A stretch of DNA of 42,528 bases from positions 1 through 42,528 of the IMG/VR virus record IMGVR_UViG_3300032046_000065; one strand, given 5' to 3'. The stretch is from a virus (taxonomy: Duplodnaviria; Caudoviricetes). The position numbers and the translations under genes are program-made. This document shows positions 15,351 to 23,896 of the stretch, one piece after another. The notes below the pieces were generated by a model. That model was not told the origin of the DNA and searched no databases. It saw nothing but the letters and a program-made list of their open reading frames with translations. Positions within the stretch are counted from its first letter, which is position 1. Each line of letters starts with the position of its first letter.

Positions 15351-15565
15351 TTATCGCACTAGACCGTCGTGGGTTTCCTATCGAGAAGATTCGAGGCCAT
15401 TCCGTTGTTAATTTAATTCGACTTTTTCTTCACTGCGACTTAATAAAGACCTGGAAACAGAGGGGCCGCTGGCAACCAGTTCGCTACAAAGGAAAGCGTA
15501 TGTTGGTGGATACGTGGTGTCGAGAAGATTTTACGATCCCGCTGCCGATGAAAGGAGGCGAGTGA
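15347..15565 (+). CDS. Hypothetical protein
   Basis: SD AAGGAGG; coupled to both neighbours. Confidence 0.55.
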   Translation: MIIALDRRGFPIEKIRGHSVVNLIRLFLHCDLIKTWKQRGRWQPVRYKGKRMLVDTWCREDFTIPLPMKGGE

Positions 15566-15903
15566 TGGCTGACCGGACCTGGAAAGCCGTGGAGCGCAGA
15601 ATCGCCGCGTTCTTCGGCACGCGGCGGAACCGTTGTTCTGGTAGTAGCGGACGGTCGGACGAGTCGGCGTCGGACACGGTGCATCCGACGCTGTACGTTG
15701 AAACGAAGCATGGGGACTTGGCGCGATTCCTCAACGCCGAAGGCCGAGCGATGATAGACGAGGGCCTGGCGAACGCGAAAGCCGAGGGCAAGCGGTTTGT
15801 GGCCGCCCTGCATCCAAAATCAGGGCGGGGCTTCTGGATACTAGTGCATTCGGACGACTTTCTGGCCGTGGCGCGGGAAACGGCGGCGAGGACGGAATCG
15901 TAG
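15565..15903 (+). CDS. PD-(D/E)XK Holliday-junction resolvase-like nuclease
   Basis: WKAVERRIAAFFG.RR...SG...D....YVETK. Confidence 0.7.
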   Translation: MADRTWKAVERRIAAFFGTRRNRCSGSSGRSDESASDTVHPTLYVETKHGDLARFLNAEGRAMIDEGLANAKAEGKRFVAALHPKSGRGFWILVHSDDFLAVARETAARTES

Positions 15904-15924
15904 GTGGAAGAAGGGGGGCGGCAA

Positions 15925-16536
15925 GTGAGCGAACACCCGATTATCTTTTCGACGCCGATGGTCCAGGCCATTCTTAAGGGCCGCAAGACGCAGACGCGCA
16001 GGGTGGTGCGACCGCAGTTCAAAAGATTGCATGGAACCTGCACCGACGGTTCTTTGGAAACGGAGCGACTTTTCCGCCGAGGAGACCAACGGATTCATTG
16101 CCCCTATGGCATCATTGGCGATACCTTGTGGGTGAGGGAAACTTGGGCCGTCAACCGCAAGTGGAATAATCGCCATTGCCCCGCCTTTGTTTTGGGTCCA
16201 GTACCTTCTCGGCCCAAAGTCGTTTTCGCCGCTGACGGCGACAAGCCCACGGCCTATGGGCGGTGGCGTCCGTCCATTTACATGCCGCGCTGGGCCTGCC
16301 GCCTGTTTCTGACTCTCAAGGCGGTGCGAGTCGAATGTCTGCAAGACATCGACCGCAAGGACAAGTACGACCAGCACATCGACGGAGGCGCGTGGGCCGA
16401 AGGGTTCCGGTGTCCTAACGGCACAGCAGCATTTATGGAGCATTGGGAAAAACTGAACGCCAAGCGCGGATACTCCTGGGCCTCCAATCCGTGGGTGTGG
16501 GTGCTGACGTTTGAAGTGAAGGGGGGCGGCAAGTGA
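15925..16536 (+). CDS. ASCH-like phage protein
   Basis: PIIFS..MV.AIL.GRKTQTRR, CPYG..GD.LWVRETW, WRPSI.MPRWA, NPWVWV. Confidence 0.85.
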   Translation: MSEHPIIFSTPMVQAILKGRKTQTRRVVRPQFKRLHGTCTDGSLETERLFRRGDQRIHCPYGIIGDTLWVRETWAVNRKWNNRHCPAFVLGPVPSRPKVVFAADGDKPTAYGRWRPSIYMPRWACRLFLTLKAVRVECLQDIDRKDKYDQHIDGGAWAEGFRCPNGTAAFMEHWEKLNAKRGYSWASNPWVWVLTFEVKGGGK

Positions 16537-16793
16537 GCGAGACAGCGATAACGCTACGGGTCGAGTGCAAGATTTTGAGTGAGCACGATGCGAGGCTGGC
16601 CGTGAATCAGGGGAAGGCGGTCTGGACTTGGTGTAGTCAGGGTGTGGCCAACTGGGTTGAAATGCGCTTTGGTGCAACCGACGCCATCGCCTATCTTTTT
16701 CCCTACGATCCAATCGACTTGCCGTCGGACTCCGACGTGGGAGAAAATCGCCGAGGCGGTAGGCTGTTCCGCCGGAAAGGAAATCGACCATGA
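16533..16793 (+). CDS. Hypothetical protein
   Basis: GTGA/ATGA coupling at both ends. Confidence 0.6.
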   Translation: MSETAITLRVECKILSEHDARLAVNQGKAVWTWCSQGVANWVEMRFGATDAIAYLFPYDPIDLPSDSDVGENRRGGRLFRRKGNRP

Positions 16794-17611
16794 GGATTGA
16801 GATCATTCAGGCCGACGCACTTCTCTGGCTCGAAACGGAAGTTCGCGAACGACCCGCCTCGTTCGATTGCATCATCACCGACCCGCCCTACTGGACCCTC
16901 GACAAGTGGCGGAACGTCGGGACCACGACGCGGCTTGGCGGGCATCGTGACGCGACCAAGCAGCGCGACGAGATGTGGTTTGACACTATCGACGCCGACG
17001 ACCTTTGGGAAGCGTTCAACAACTTGGGATTGCTTCTGAAAAAAAACTCGCACGCCTATTTCTTCGCCGATTGTGAAGTGCAAGCGACCCTGAACAACTG
17101 GGTTCGGGAAAGCGAGACGCCGTTCAACTATGTCAAAAATCTTGTGTGGGACAAGGAAGATGCGGGGATGGGGTATCACTGGCGGGCAAGGCACGAGTAC
17201 GTCGTCATGTTGGAGAAGGGGAAGCGGCGGCTAAATGACCTGGCGTTGCCGGACGTTCAGCGGTGCAAGCGGGTTCAAGGGAATCATTATCCGACGGAGA
17301 AGCCCCTGGCCCTCATTGAGACCTTGCTACTGAACTCTACGCACGAAGGCGAACGGGTACTCGATCCCTTCTGCGGGTCCGGCGTAGTGGGCTTGGCTTG
17401 TCAGAAACACGGGCGCGACGCCGTACTCATCGACAAGTCGGACGCCGCGATTGCGTGGACGAAACGGGTTTTGGAAGGTGGGCCGCTGTTGGCAGCGGCA
17501 AAGGTACAAGAGGGGCCACAATGCTCCCAGGACGCCCAGGATTGCGCAGGACGAACGAACGGGTGCGAGAACGACGTGCGAGACCACAAATGCGAAAGGA
17601 GTCTTAAATGA
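16790..17611 (+). CDS. DNA methyltransferase, N4-C/N6-A beta class
   Basis: ITDPPY, VWDK, YPTEKP, DPFCGSG. Confidence 0.93.
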   Translation: MRIEIIQADALLWLETEVRERPASFDCIITDPPYWTLDKWRNVGTTTRLGGHRDATKQRDEMWFDTIDADDLWEAFNNLGLLLKKNSHAYFFADCEVQATLNNWVRESETPFNYVKNLVWDKEDAGMGYHWRARHEYVVMLEKGKRRLNDLALPDVQRCKRVQGNHYPTEKPLALIETLLLNSTHEGERVLDPFCGSGVVGLACQKHGRDAVLIDKSDAAIAWTKRVLEGGPLLAAAKVQEGPQCSQDAQDCAGRTNGCENDVRDHKCERSLK

Positions 17612-17847
17612 GCACCGTAGCCACCTGTCCAGACGACGAACCGAGAAGCGAACGTTTGACGCGGGCGATAGCCAAATCCCAAGCATTGAGGGCGAGCATG
17701 GCAAAGGCGATGGAAGCCCAGTCGCTTGGCGGGGCTTTCCTGATTGACGAGATGGTCCAAAAGGCCATAGCGCTTCTTGCGACCGCCGAGCGGATGCACG
17801 AGGAGGAAGTGACGGCGGCGGCGAAAGAGGGAAAGGAGCCATCGTGA
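17608..17847 (+). CDS. Hypothetical protein
   Basis: SD AAGGAG; coupled. Confidence 0.6.
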   Translation: MSTVATCPDDEPRSERLTRAIAKSQALRASMAKAMEAQSLGGAFLIDEMVQKAIALLATAERMHEEEVTAAAKEGKEPS

Positions 17848-18140
17848 AAGAATACCAAAAACAGTTCCCGAAGGGGGTCGTTTCTGCTCACGTCTTGCAG
17901 AACACGGCTCGTCCGTGGTCGGCAAGCGGGCCTGGGTGGGCCAACTCCGGTGTGTCCATGCGAGTCCGGTTTTTATTGCGGGGCGGACACGCAGAGGAAC
18001 GCGAAATTACCATCTATAACCATGATCTTCTGTGTTCAAACGACATGCTGGCGATTGCCATAACGGCTTGTAATGCCGTGGAGGCGTCTTGCCAAAAACT
18101 ACTAGACCGGGAGGAGAAAACGAAACCATGCCCGATATAA
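17844..18140 (+). CDS. Hypothetical protein
   Basis: SD AAGGAG; coupled. Confidence 0.6.
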   Translation: MKEYQKQFPKGVVSAHVLQNTARPWSASGPGWANSGVSMRVRFLLRGGHAEEREITIYNHDLLCSNDMLAIAITACNAVEASCQKLLDREEKTKPCPI

Positions 18141-18337
18141 CCATGTGTAAGGGCGAGGGCTGTTCGGCGAGGGAGAAGTGCTATCGTTATCGCGCCAAGC
18201 CGGACGCGATGTGGCAATCGTGGTTCTCGAAAACGCCTGGCGTGGACGAAACGTGCGAGGACTTTTACCGGATGCCGCGTATGCGGAACGGGTTGGTGAC
18301 GTTCGAGGAACCAGACGAAGGAGTGCGAAATGACTAA
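18128..18337 (+). CDS. Small Cys-rich phage protein
   Basis: MPDITMC.G..C...E.CYRY.A.P...QS.F family pattern; SD GGAGG. Confidence 0.75.
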   Translation: MPDITMCKGEGCSAREKCYRYRAKPDAMWQSWFSKTPGVDETCEDFYRMPRMRNGLVTFEEPDEGVRND

Positions 18338-19130
18338 GCGCATCGTCGTCGTTTCGGATTTTCATTGCGGCCACCGCGCGGGACTTACGCCCCCCGAATG
18401 GCAGGCCAACCTCAAACGCGGGCGGTACGCCAAGTGGACAAAGATTGAGAGAGAATGTTGGCGATGGTATGCCCGCACGTTGAAGGAGTTGCGGCGAGAA
18501 CGGCCCATCGACTTGGCGGTTTTCGCGGGCGATGGCATTGAGGGCGCGGGGCGCAGAAGCGGGGGCACGGAGTTGTTAGTCACGGACCGCGATGAGCAAG
18601 TGGAAATGGCGGTACGCGGGCTACAGGAAATCGGCGGCAAAAAATACTCTTTGGTTCGCGGGACCGCCTACCACGTTGGCGACGAAGAAGACTGGGAGGA
18701 TCAAATCGCCCGCGCCTTTAGCACCACGGCCCACGACCACGAATGGTACGACGTGAACGGCATCATCTTTGACGTGAAACACCATGTCGGCATGTCGCAA
18801 GTACCCTACGGTCGCCACACGGCCATCATGCGCGATCTGGTGTGGAACTCGTTATGGGCCGAAGCAAAGCAAGCCCCGCGAGCCGACTTCCTGATTCGCG
18901 CTCATGTTCACTTCAGCGTCGGAGGTTGGGTGTTCAGCGGGGCTAAACAACGGTGGGCCATGACGTTGCCTGCGCTTCAAGCGATGGGGACCAAGTATGG
19001 CGCGCGGCGGATGTCTGGTCTGGTGGACTTCGGGTTCGCCGTTTTCGACGTGGATGATAAAGGGAGAACGCAATGGGAAATCAAGGTCGCACCCATCAAG
19101 TCACAGGTCGCGCGGGCAACAAAAGTATAA
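18330..19130 (+). CDS. Calcineurin-like metallophosphoesterase
   Basis: SDFHCG, GDGIEG, GTAYH, KHH, AHVH metal-binding motifs. Confidence 0.88.
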   Translation: MTKRIVVVSDFHCGHRAGLTPPEWQANLKRGRYAKWTKIERECWRWYARTLKELRRERPIDLAVFAGDGIEGAGRRSGGTELLVTDRDEQVEMAVRGLQEIGGKKYSLVRGTAYHVGDEEDWEDQIARAFSTTAHDHEWYDVNGIIFDVKHHVGMSQVPYGRHTAIMRDLVWNSLWAEAKQAPRADFLIRAHVHFSVGGWVFSGAKQRWAMTLPALQAMGTKYGARRMSGLVDFGFAVFDVDDKGRTQWEIKVAPIKSQVARATKV

Positions 19131-19387
19131 CTTTGCCCGACATTGAGGCCATGCTCCGCGACCTTGCGCGGGACATGCCGGAGTCTCTTCAAAAAGACCG
19201 ACCGCCAGGCTTCGTCAAATCCCGCGAGATTGCCGAATACTTGGGCGTGTCGAAGGAAACCGCGCTCAAAAAGGTTATCCGACCGGCGATGGCGGCGGGG
19301 CTGTTGGAGTGCCGATATTTTTCCGTGCCTGATATAACAGGTCGATGTTCACCCGCACCGATGTACCGGCGAAAGGGGAAGCCATGA
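19073..19387 (+). CDS. Small HTH DNA-binding protein (start uncertain)
   Basis: SREIAEYLGVSKETA. Confidence 0.65.
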   Translation: MGNQGRTHQVTGRAGNKSITLPDIEAMLRDLARDMPESLQKDRPPGFVKSREIAEYLGVSKETALKKVIRPAMAAGLLECRYFSVPDITGRCSPAPMYRRKGKP

Positions 19388-19593
19388 GTAGAAAAATCCG
19401 CCCTGTTTTGACAGAGTTGGCGGTCTTTCGGCCGCCACAATGGATGGAAGACTGGCGCATGTATCGAATCGAATATGGGTTTGAAGGCACAGGGTTGCCT
19501 GAAGGAACGATTTGGCTTCCCCCAGACGTTAATCCTGAAGACCTAGAGGCATGGTTGATTTTTCATATTATTAAACATGAGCAAGCACCCTGA
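19384..19593 (+). CDS. Hypothetical protein
   Basis: ATGA-coupled. Confidence 0.55.
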   Translation: MSRKIRPVLTELAVFRPPQWMEDWRMYRIEYGFEGTGLPEGTIWLPPDVNPEDLEAWLIFHIIKHEQAP

Positions 19594-19646
19594 CGAACGG
19601 CGTGGGAGATTTCTAGGGCGATGGTTGGATTAAGCAAGGGGAAGCC

Positions 19647-19913
19647 GTGACCCGCGCCAAGAGTCCGCTGAAAAGCATCACGCTGTCGAGCGGGCGGTTT
19701 CGCATCACGCGGGTCGATTGCGCGGGGTGTATCGACAACAAGGACATGAACATCTTGCCGTCGTTAGGCGCGCACCTGGAACTCTACGCCTGGCTTCACG
19801 AGGGGCTTCACGGCGAACTGCCGCACTTGGCCGAAAGTCGCGTGAAGAAGGCGGCGACGAACTTGGCGCGGCTGTTGTGGCGGGTCGGCTACAGGAAACG
19901 GAGGCGGACGTGA
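19647..19913 (+). CDS. Small HExxH zincin-like protein
   Basis: LHEGLH...E..V...A..LA..LW..GYR. Confidence 0.7.
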   Translation: MTRAKSPLKSITLSSGRFRITRVDCAGCIDNKDMNILPSLGAHLELYAWLHEGLHGELPHLAESRVKKAATNLARLLWRVGYRKRRRT

Positions 19914-20239
19914 AAACCCTAACGGAGATGCTTGAGATAGTTGAACAGAGCCGGTTGGCGGCCATCCAGCGCGAACGGGGAAAAGTGTACGGGTCACCGG
20001 ATGAGAATTGGCGCGGGATAGCCATGATGTGCGCTCCGCTTCTGCAACCACACGCTGACGCCATCAAGCGCGGAGAACCCTTGCCGATTCATGTGTGGGC
20101 GCTTCTCATGGTAGCCATAAAACTTAACCGGATGCGGTTGGTATTTTACGAGGACAACTACGCTGATTTACGCAACTACTTGAAGTTCGCGGAGGATTGG
20201 CAGAAATCGCACCAGACCCAGTCTCAGGAAAAGGCTTGA
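19910..20239 (+). CDS. DUF6378-like protein (all-alpha nucleotide-hydrolase-related)
   Basis: ERG..YG.P..N...IA, M...KL.R, D.Y.D..NY; GTG start coupled to the previous stop. Confidence 0.75.
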   Translation: MKTLTEMLEIVEQSRLAAIQRERGKVYGSPDENWRGIAMMCAPLLQPHADAIKRGEPLPIHVWALLMVAIKLNRMRLVFYEDNYADLRNYLKFAEDWQKSHQTQSQEKA

Positions 20240-20436
20240 ACCCCGCGCACCGCGCGTTCCTGTTTGCTCGTTTTTACTTTTAACATCATGCACAATCTAA
20301 CAATGCCCTCAGCGAGCCGTTGGATGGCTTCTAGGTCTTTTGCGTCCAGTGCCTTTTCAATCAGAAAAAGGTTCTGGCGAATGTCGCGTTCTAAGTCTTG
20401 TTCGGTAGATTTCAATGTCCCTCTCTGGGGGTTCAT
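20224..20436 (-). CDS. Hypothetical protein, last gene of the minus arm
   Basis: ATGA-coupled to the upstream gene; converges with the + arm. Confidence 0.55.
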   Translation of the reverse strand: MNPQRGTLKSTEQDLERDIRQNLFLIEKALDAKDLEAIQRLAEGIVRLCMMLKVKTSKQERAVRGVQAFS

Positions 20437-20753
20437 GGCGCACTGGGGGTCGGTATCGGGAAGTCGCTCTTTTCCATCGCCTCGCGCATCAGGAGAAGAA
20501 AATAGCCTTCCTGAATGACGACGCCCTTGTACGGCAGGTCCATCGCATGGACTTCAACCTTCCCGTCCGGCCCCTCCGTGATGATGACCTTGCCTGCCGG
20601 AGCCTCCAGCCGCGTCCCCTCCGGCACGAAAAACACACGGTCAACCACCGGCAAAAACTCAGGGCCTCGCGTCTCTCCGCAGCCTATCCAGAGCGAGACG
20701 CACAGCGCGAGGGTCGTTCCGGCCAACAGCATCCGCAAGTTTTTCCACCTCAA
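20433..20753 (-). CDS. Lipoprotein, o-spanin-like
   Basis: Hydrophobic signal with lipobox-like WIGC; overlaps the i-spanin-like gene. Confidence 0.6.
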   Translation of the reverse strand: MRWKNLRMLLAGTTLALCVSLWIGCGETRGPEFLPVVDRVFFVPEGTRLEAPAGKVIITEGPDGKVEVHAMDLPYKGVVIQEGYFLLLMREAMEKSDFPIPTPSAP

Positions 20754-20862
20754 GGCGCACCCTCTCCTTCTCCTTTTCGCGCTTCGTCTTGGCGCGGTTG
20801 TTCAGGAACCAGAAAATGATCCCCAGCGCCGCCACCAGCGCTCCGAACACATATTCCACCAT
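20659..20862 (-). CDS. i-spanin-like membrane protein
   Basis: N-terminal TM followed by a charged helix; overlaps the lipoprotein gene. Confidence 0.55.
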   Translation of the reverse strand: MVEYVFGALVAALGIIFWFLNNRAKTKREKEKERVRLEVEKLADAVGRNDPRAVRLALDRLRRDARP

Positions 20863-20866
20863 CGGG

Positions 20867-21040
20867 TCAGTCCTTCACGTGGAGGCCCACGGCCTTCAGG
20901 AAGGCCACGATTTTCTCGACCACCTTGTTGTCGGAATCGCTCGGCGTCAACTTGACGATAAGCCGTGCTACGATGACCACCGCCCCGATAACCGCCACCA
21001 CTTCCGTCCAATTCTCCGTCACCCAAGTCCATGCTGCCAT
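20867..21040 (-). CDS. Holin-like membrane protein (57 aa, not in the ORF track)
   Basis: MAAWTWVTENWTEVVAVIGAVVIVARLIVKLTPSDSDNKVVEKIVAFLKAVGLHVKD; SD AAGGAG. Confidence 0.7.
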   Translation of the reverse strand: MAAWTWVTENWTEVVAVIGAVVIVARLIVKLTPSDSDNKVVEKIVAFLKAVGLHVKD

Positions 21041-21051
21041 GTCCTGTCTCC

Positions 21052-21291
21052 TTACTGGTTCGACGGCCTACCTTGTCGGCGGAGTTCCTTCACGTCCGCC
21101 TCGATTCGCGTCAGCGAGTCCTGAATGGCCTTGCCTCTTTCAACAGACGCCGCCGTTGCGTTCTCCACGTTGCGTAGTCGCTCATCGTAGTTGCCGACCA
21201 TTGCAAAGACGACGCCCGCTAAGGTCAACACGATGAGCAGTATGACGCCGATAACCCAAGCGTGTTTTCGGAAACATCCGTTGTCCATCAT
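21052..21291 (-). CDS. Single-TM coiled-coil membrane protein (holin-associated)
   Basis: SD GGAGG; TM WVIGVILLIVLTLAGVVFAMV followed by a coiled coil. Confidence 0.65.
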   Translation of the reverse strand: MMDNGCFRKHAWVIGVILLIVLTLAGVVFAMVGNYDERLRNVENATAASVERGKAIQDSLTRIEADVKELRRQGRPSNQ

Positions 21292-21305
21292 TGCCGCATC
21301 CTCCG

Positions 21306-23003
21306 CTAGTTCAAGTCCCCGCCGCCGATGGTCCGACGGCCCAAAAATCTCGTGTTTGTGCATCCGTCTGCTTCCCACGACCGTAGTGGTATGCCGGTGG
21401 ACGAATGAATCGCCCGTCTGACGACGAGCCTGTTGCCGGAAGCCACGACCGCCGTCACTTTCCCGACGCCTTGACAATCAATGGCGCCTTCCTGGCTCGG
21501 AGTCACCACGATGCCGGTCCCTGTAAACGTTCCGCCGAGATAGATGCGCCCTTGCGGGTTGAAGGCGTTGGCCGTGCCCGTTCCACTTTTTGATAAGGCC
21601 CCCGTGATGACGTGGACGCCTGGCCGCAGTGTGAGGACTCCGCTGGTCGCGGCACCGCCCAGCGTGATGGCCCCCGATGTCAGGTTTGCGACCGAAAGGC
21701 CGCCAATCGTTCCGGCACTCCCATCGACAGTTAGCGCAGCCGTTCCGGTCGAAACTGCATTGGCCGTAAGAGTTAAGGCGGTTGCGCCAACGCCAGAACT
21801 TACGTAGAGCGCGACGTTCGAGGTGGCAATCGAAGCAACGGTATTCGACAAGTCGGACGGCAAAGAGATTTGAACGAAACCCGCCCCGCTGAGTGCCCCC
21901 GTGTAAGTCCAGAAATCATTGGCGGCGGGAGATAACAGGAGGCTTTTGCCGCTGGCCGTGACGATGGCCCCCGACCCCGCAACCGCCTTGCACCGAACGT
22001 GGCCCGAAAGCGTGGTCGATGCGTTGGCCGTCAACGTGCGGAACTTGTTGGCGGCGTTGTTCCACACGGCCACCGTCGTCGTCGCGCCAACCGTGATGTC
22101 CAGGCTCGGCGTGAGCGTGCCGGAAGTGTAGGTGAACCCCCCCGCCCCGACCGTGATGGTGAATCCCCCGCCCGTCACGTTGCCTTGCACGTTGAACCCG
22201 CCGCAAGCGAACGAGTTGCCGATGGTCACGGCGGCGGTGTTCGTGACGGCGATGGAGTTCGCGGTGGTCGTGCCCAGGTCGAGCGTGCCTGCCTGGTCGC
22301 AGGTCAGCACTGCGTCCGTGGTGTTGGAGTGCGTGACGGCTTTCCCGTTCGCGTTCAGGCCGCCGAAGATGTCAAGGTAGGCCCAGTCGATGACCGCGCC
22401 GTCAGCCGTGATGAGGATGGGAGAGGCGGAATCGAGAACCGCAGGAACCGTGCCCATTTGCAGAGTTCCACCAAGCGAAACACCACCGTTGGCTGTGAAT
22501 GTATTCCAAACCATCAATACGCCGCCGGGATTGATGGTTACAAGACCAGTCGAAGTAGCATTAGAAGGCCAGAAACTCGCACCACTCGCCACCGTCGTCG
22601 TTCCGACCGTCGTCTCAGTAGTTCCAGGCGTCCAAATTCCTGCCGATACAATCACATTCCCAGAAACGTTTGTTCCTGAATAAACCATCGCGTCCGCGTG
22701 GTTGACCGTCACGTTTCCGATGGCCGCGCCATCGAGCCAATCGCTGATGACTACCGCGTTGAGGGCGTGCGTGATGTTGAAGTGGAACGTCTTACCCGCC
22801 GTGGGCCGGTTCGTCGTGGGGGCAGTCTCGTCGCTGATGTCGATGGTGTCGGTGTCGGCGGGCGGAGAACCTTCCTCCCAGTTCCCGTTGGTGTTAAAAT
22901 TGCCATCAGCCGCCCCATTATTCCAGGTGTGCGTGTCGGCCCACAGCGGCAGGGCGAGAGCCAGAATGAGCGCGAAAGAAATCACCCATCCAAATCGCTT
23001 CAT
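21306..23003 (-). CDS. Beta-helix/autotransporter-passenger-like protein with Sec signal peptide (adhesin or receptor-binding protein)
   Basis: MKRFGWVISFALILALALPLWA|D; TW..G..DGNF....NW start; G/T/A/V-rich beta repeats. Confidence 0.7.
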   Translation of the reverse strand: MKRFGWVISFALILALALPLWADTHTWNNGAADGNFNTNGNWEEGSPPADTDTIDISDETAPTTNRPTAGKTFHFNITHALNAVVISDWLDGAAIGNVTVNHADAMVYSGTNVSGNVIVSAGIWTPGTTETTVGTTTVASGASFWPSNATSTGLVTINPGGVLMVWNTFTANGGVSLGGTLQMGTVPAVLDSASPILITADGAVIDWAYLDIFGGLNANGKAVTHSNTTDAVLTCDQAGTLDLGTTTANSIAVTNTAAVTIGNSFACGGFNVQGNVTGGGFTITVGAGGFTYTSGTLTPSLDITVGATTTVAVWNNAANKFRTLTANASTTLSGHVRCKAVAGSGAIVTASGKSLLLSPAANDFWTYTGALSGAGFVQISLPSDLSNTVASIATSNVALYVSSGVGATALTLTANAVSTGTAALTVDGSAGTIGGLSVANLTSGAITLGGAATSGVLTLRPGVHVITGALSKSGTGTANAFNPQGRIYLGGTFTGTGIVVTPSQEGAIDCQGVGKVTAVVASGNRLVVRRAIHSSTGIPLRSWEADGCTNTRFLGRRTIGGGDLN

Positions 23004-23014
23004 GTCATCCCTCC

Positions 23015-23830
23015 TTATGGGGTGATGTACCACCCCGAAACCCCGTCCGTGTTCCCCGCAGCGCAGTCGATGTAGATGAGGGCAAGGTCAAACTTGGTTC
23101 CGGGTCCGAAGTCGATGACGATGAAATCGCCTGGCGCGAGTTGGTTCTGCTGAGGTCCGGCGACATCAACCGTACTGCTGCCAATATAGACCAACCCCGT
23201 ATTCGCGCCAGCCGTTTTCTTTGCCGTCAGGTATGCCTTCCGCGCGAAGGTTTCGGTCGCCACGAGCGGCACGCCCGTACCGCTGACCGCAACCTCTTTG
23301 ACCAGGGGCGTGATGGTCTTGGCCACCGGCGTAGTCGTCAAATCGACAAGGCGTGCCAGGATAGTCGCCGCGCTCGCCTCCGTCACCGTACCAGAAGTGG
23401 TGACGGCTCCGGTCACGGTGGCCAGAATCGGCGTCATGCTCGCCACGCCCTGAACCGTCAGCACTCCTCCCGCAGCCGTCCCCGCCGTACCGGAACCGAC
23501 GATGCCCGCCGCCAATTTCTTGTTGATCCCGCGCAGGTGCGCCACCGCCGACCCCGCTGCATCACCGTCCACGGCAACAGTCGTGGCGGTGCCAAGCCCG
23601 GCCTCCAACCCGTCCACGCTCGCGTTCGTCGCAAGCGCAGAGGTATTCAGGTTGGTTCCGGCGTTGACGGTCACGCCGTTGTCAATGATATACTCGATGG
23701 CTTTTAACACCGCCTCCGTCATCGTGGCGGCGTCTTTCCGCAGGACGCCCGTAATGTCCCGCTCGTAAGCGGCCCAAACCCCACCAACCAGCACAGCCAC
23801 GAGCAGTACGGCCAACAGTGTCCGTTTCAT
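23015..23830 (-). CDS. Virion-like fibre protein with Sec signal peptide
   Basis: MKRTLLAVLLVAVLVGGVWA|A; GTAGTAAGGVLTVQG segment; C-terminal NTG.VYIG beta domain. Confidence 0.65.
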   Translation of the reverse strand: MKRTLLAVLLVAVLVGGVWAAYERDITGVLRKDAATMTEAVLKAIEYIIDNGVTVNAGTNLNTSALATNASVDGLEAGLGTATTVAVDGDAAGSAVAHLRGINKKLAAGIVGSGTAGTAAGGVLTVQGVASMTPILATVTGAVTTSGTVTEASAATILARLVDLTTTPVAKTITPLVKEVAVSGTGVPLVATETFARKAYLTAKKTAGANTGLVYIGSSTVDVAGPQQNQLAPGDFIVIDFGPGTKFDLALIYIDCAAGNTDGVSGWYITP

Positions 23831-23860
23831 ATTTCAGACCCTCCTTTTCCTGGTTCCCTT

Positions 23861-23889
23861 ATTCTACACCCTTCGGATTGTTCCGACAA
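23861..23889 (-). promoter_or_regulatory. Internal sigma70-like promoter
   Basis: Minus strand TTGTCG-17 nt-TAGAAT, then SD AAGGAGG and ATG 23830. Confidence 0.65.
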
Positions 23890-23896
23890 GCGATTA

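Noticed and set aside
20802-21032. ORF-track 76-aa protein
   Set aside because: Wrong frame; the SD-supported holin-like ORF is 20867-21040.
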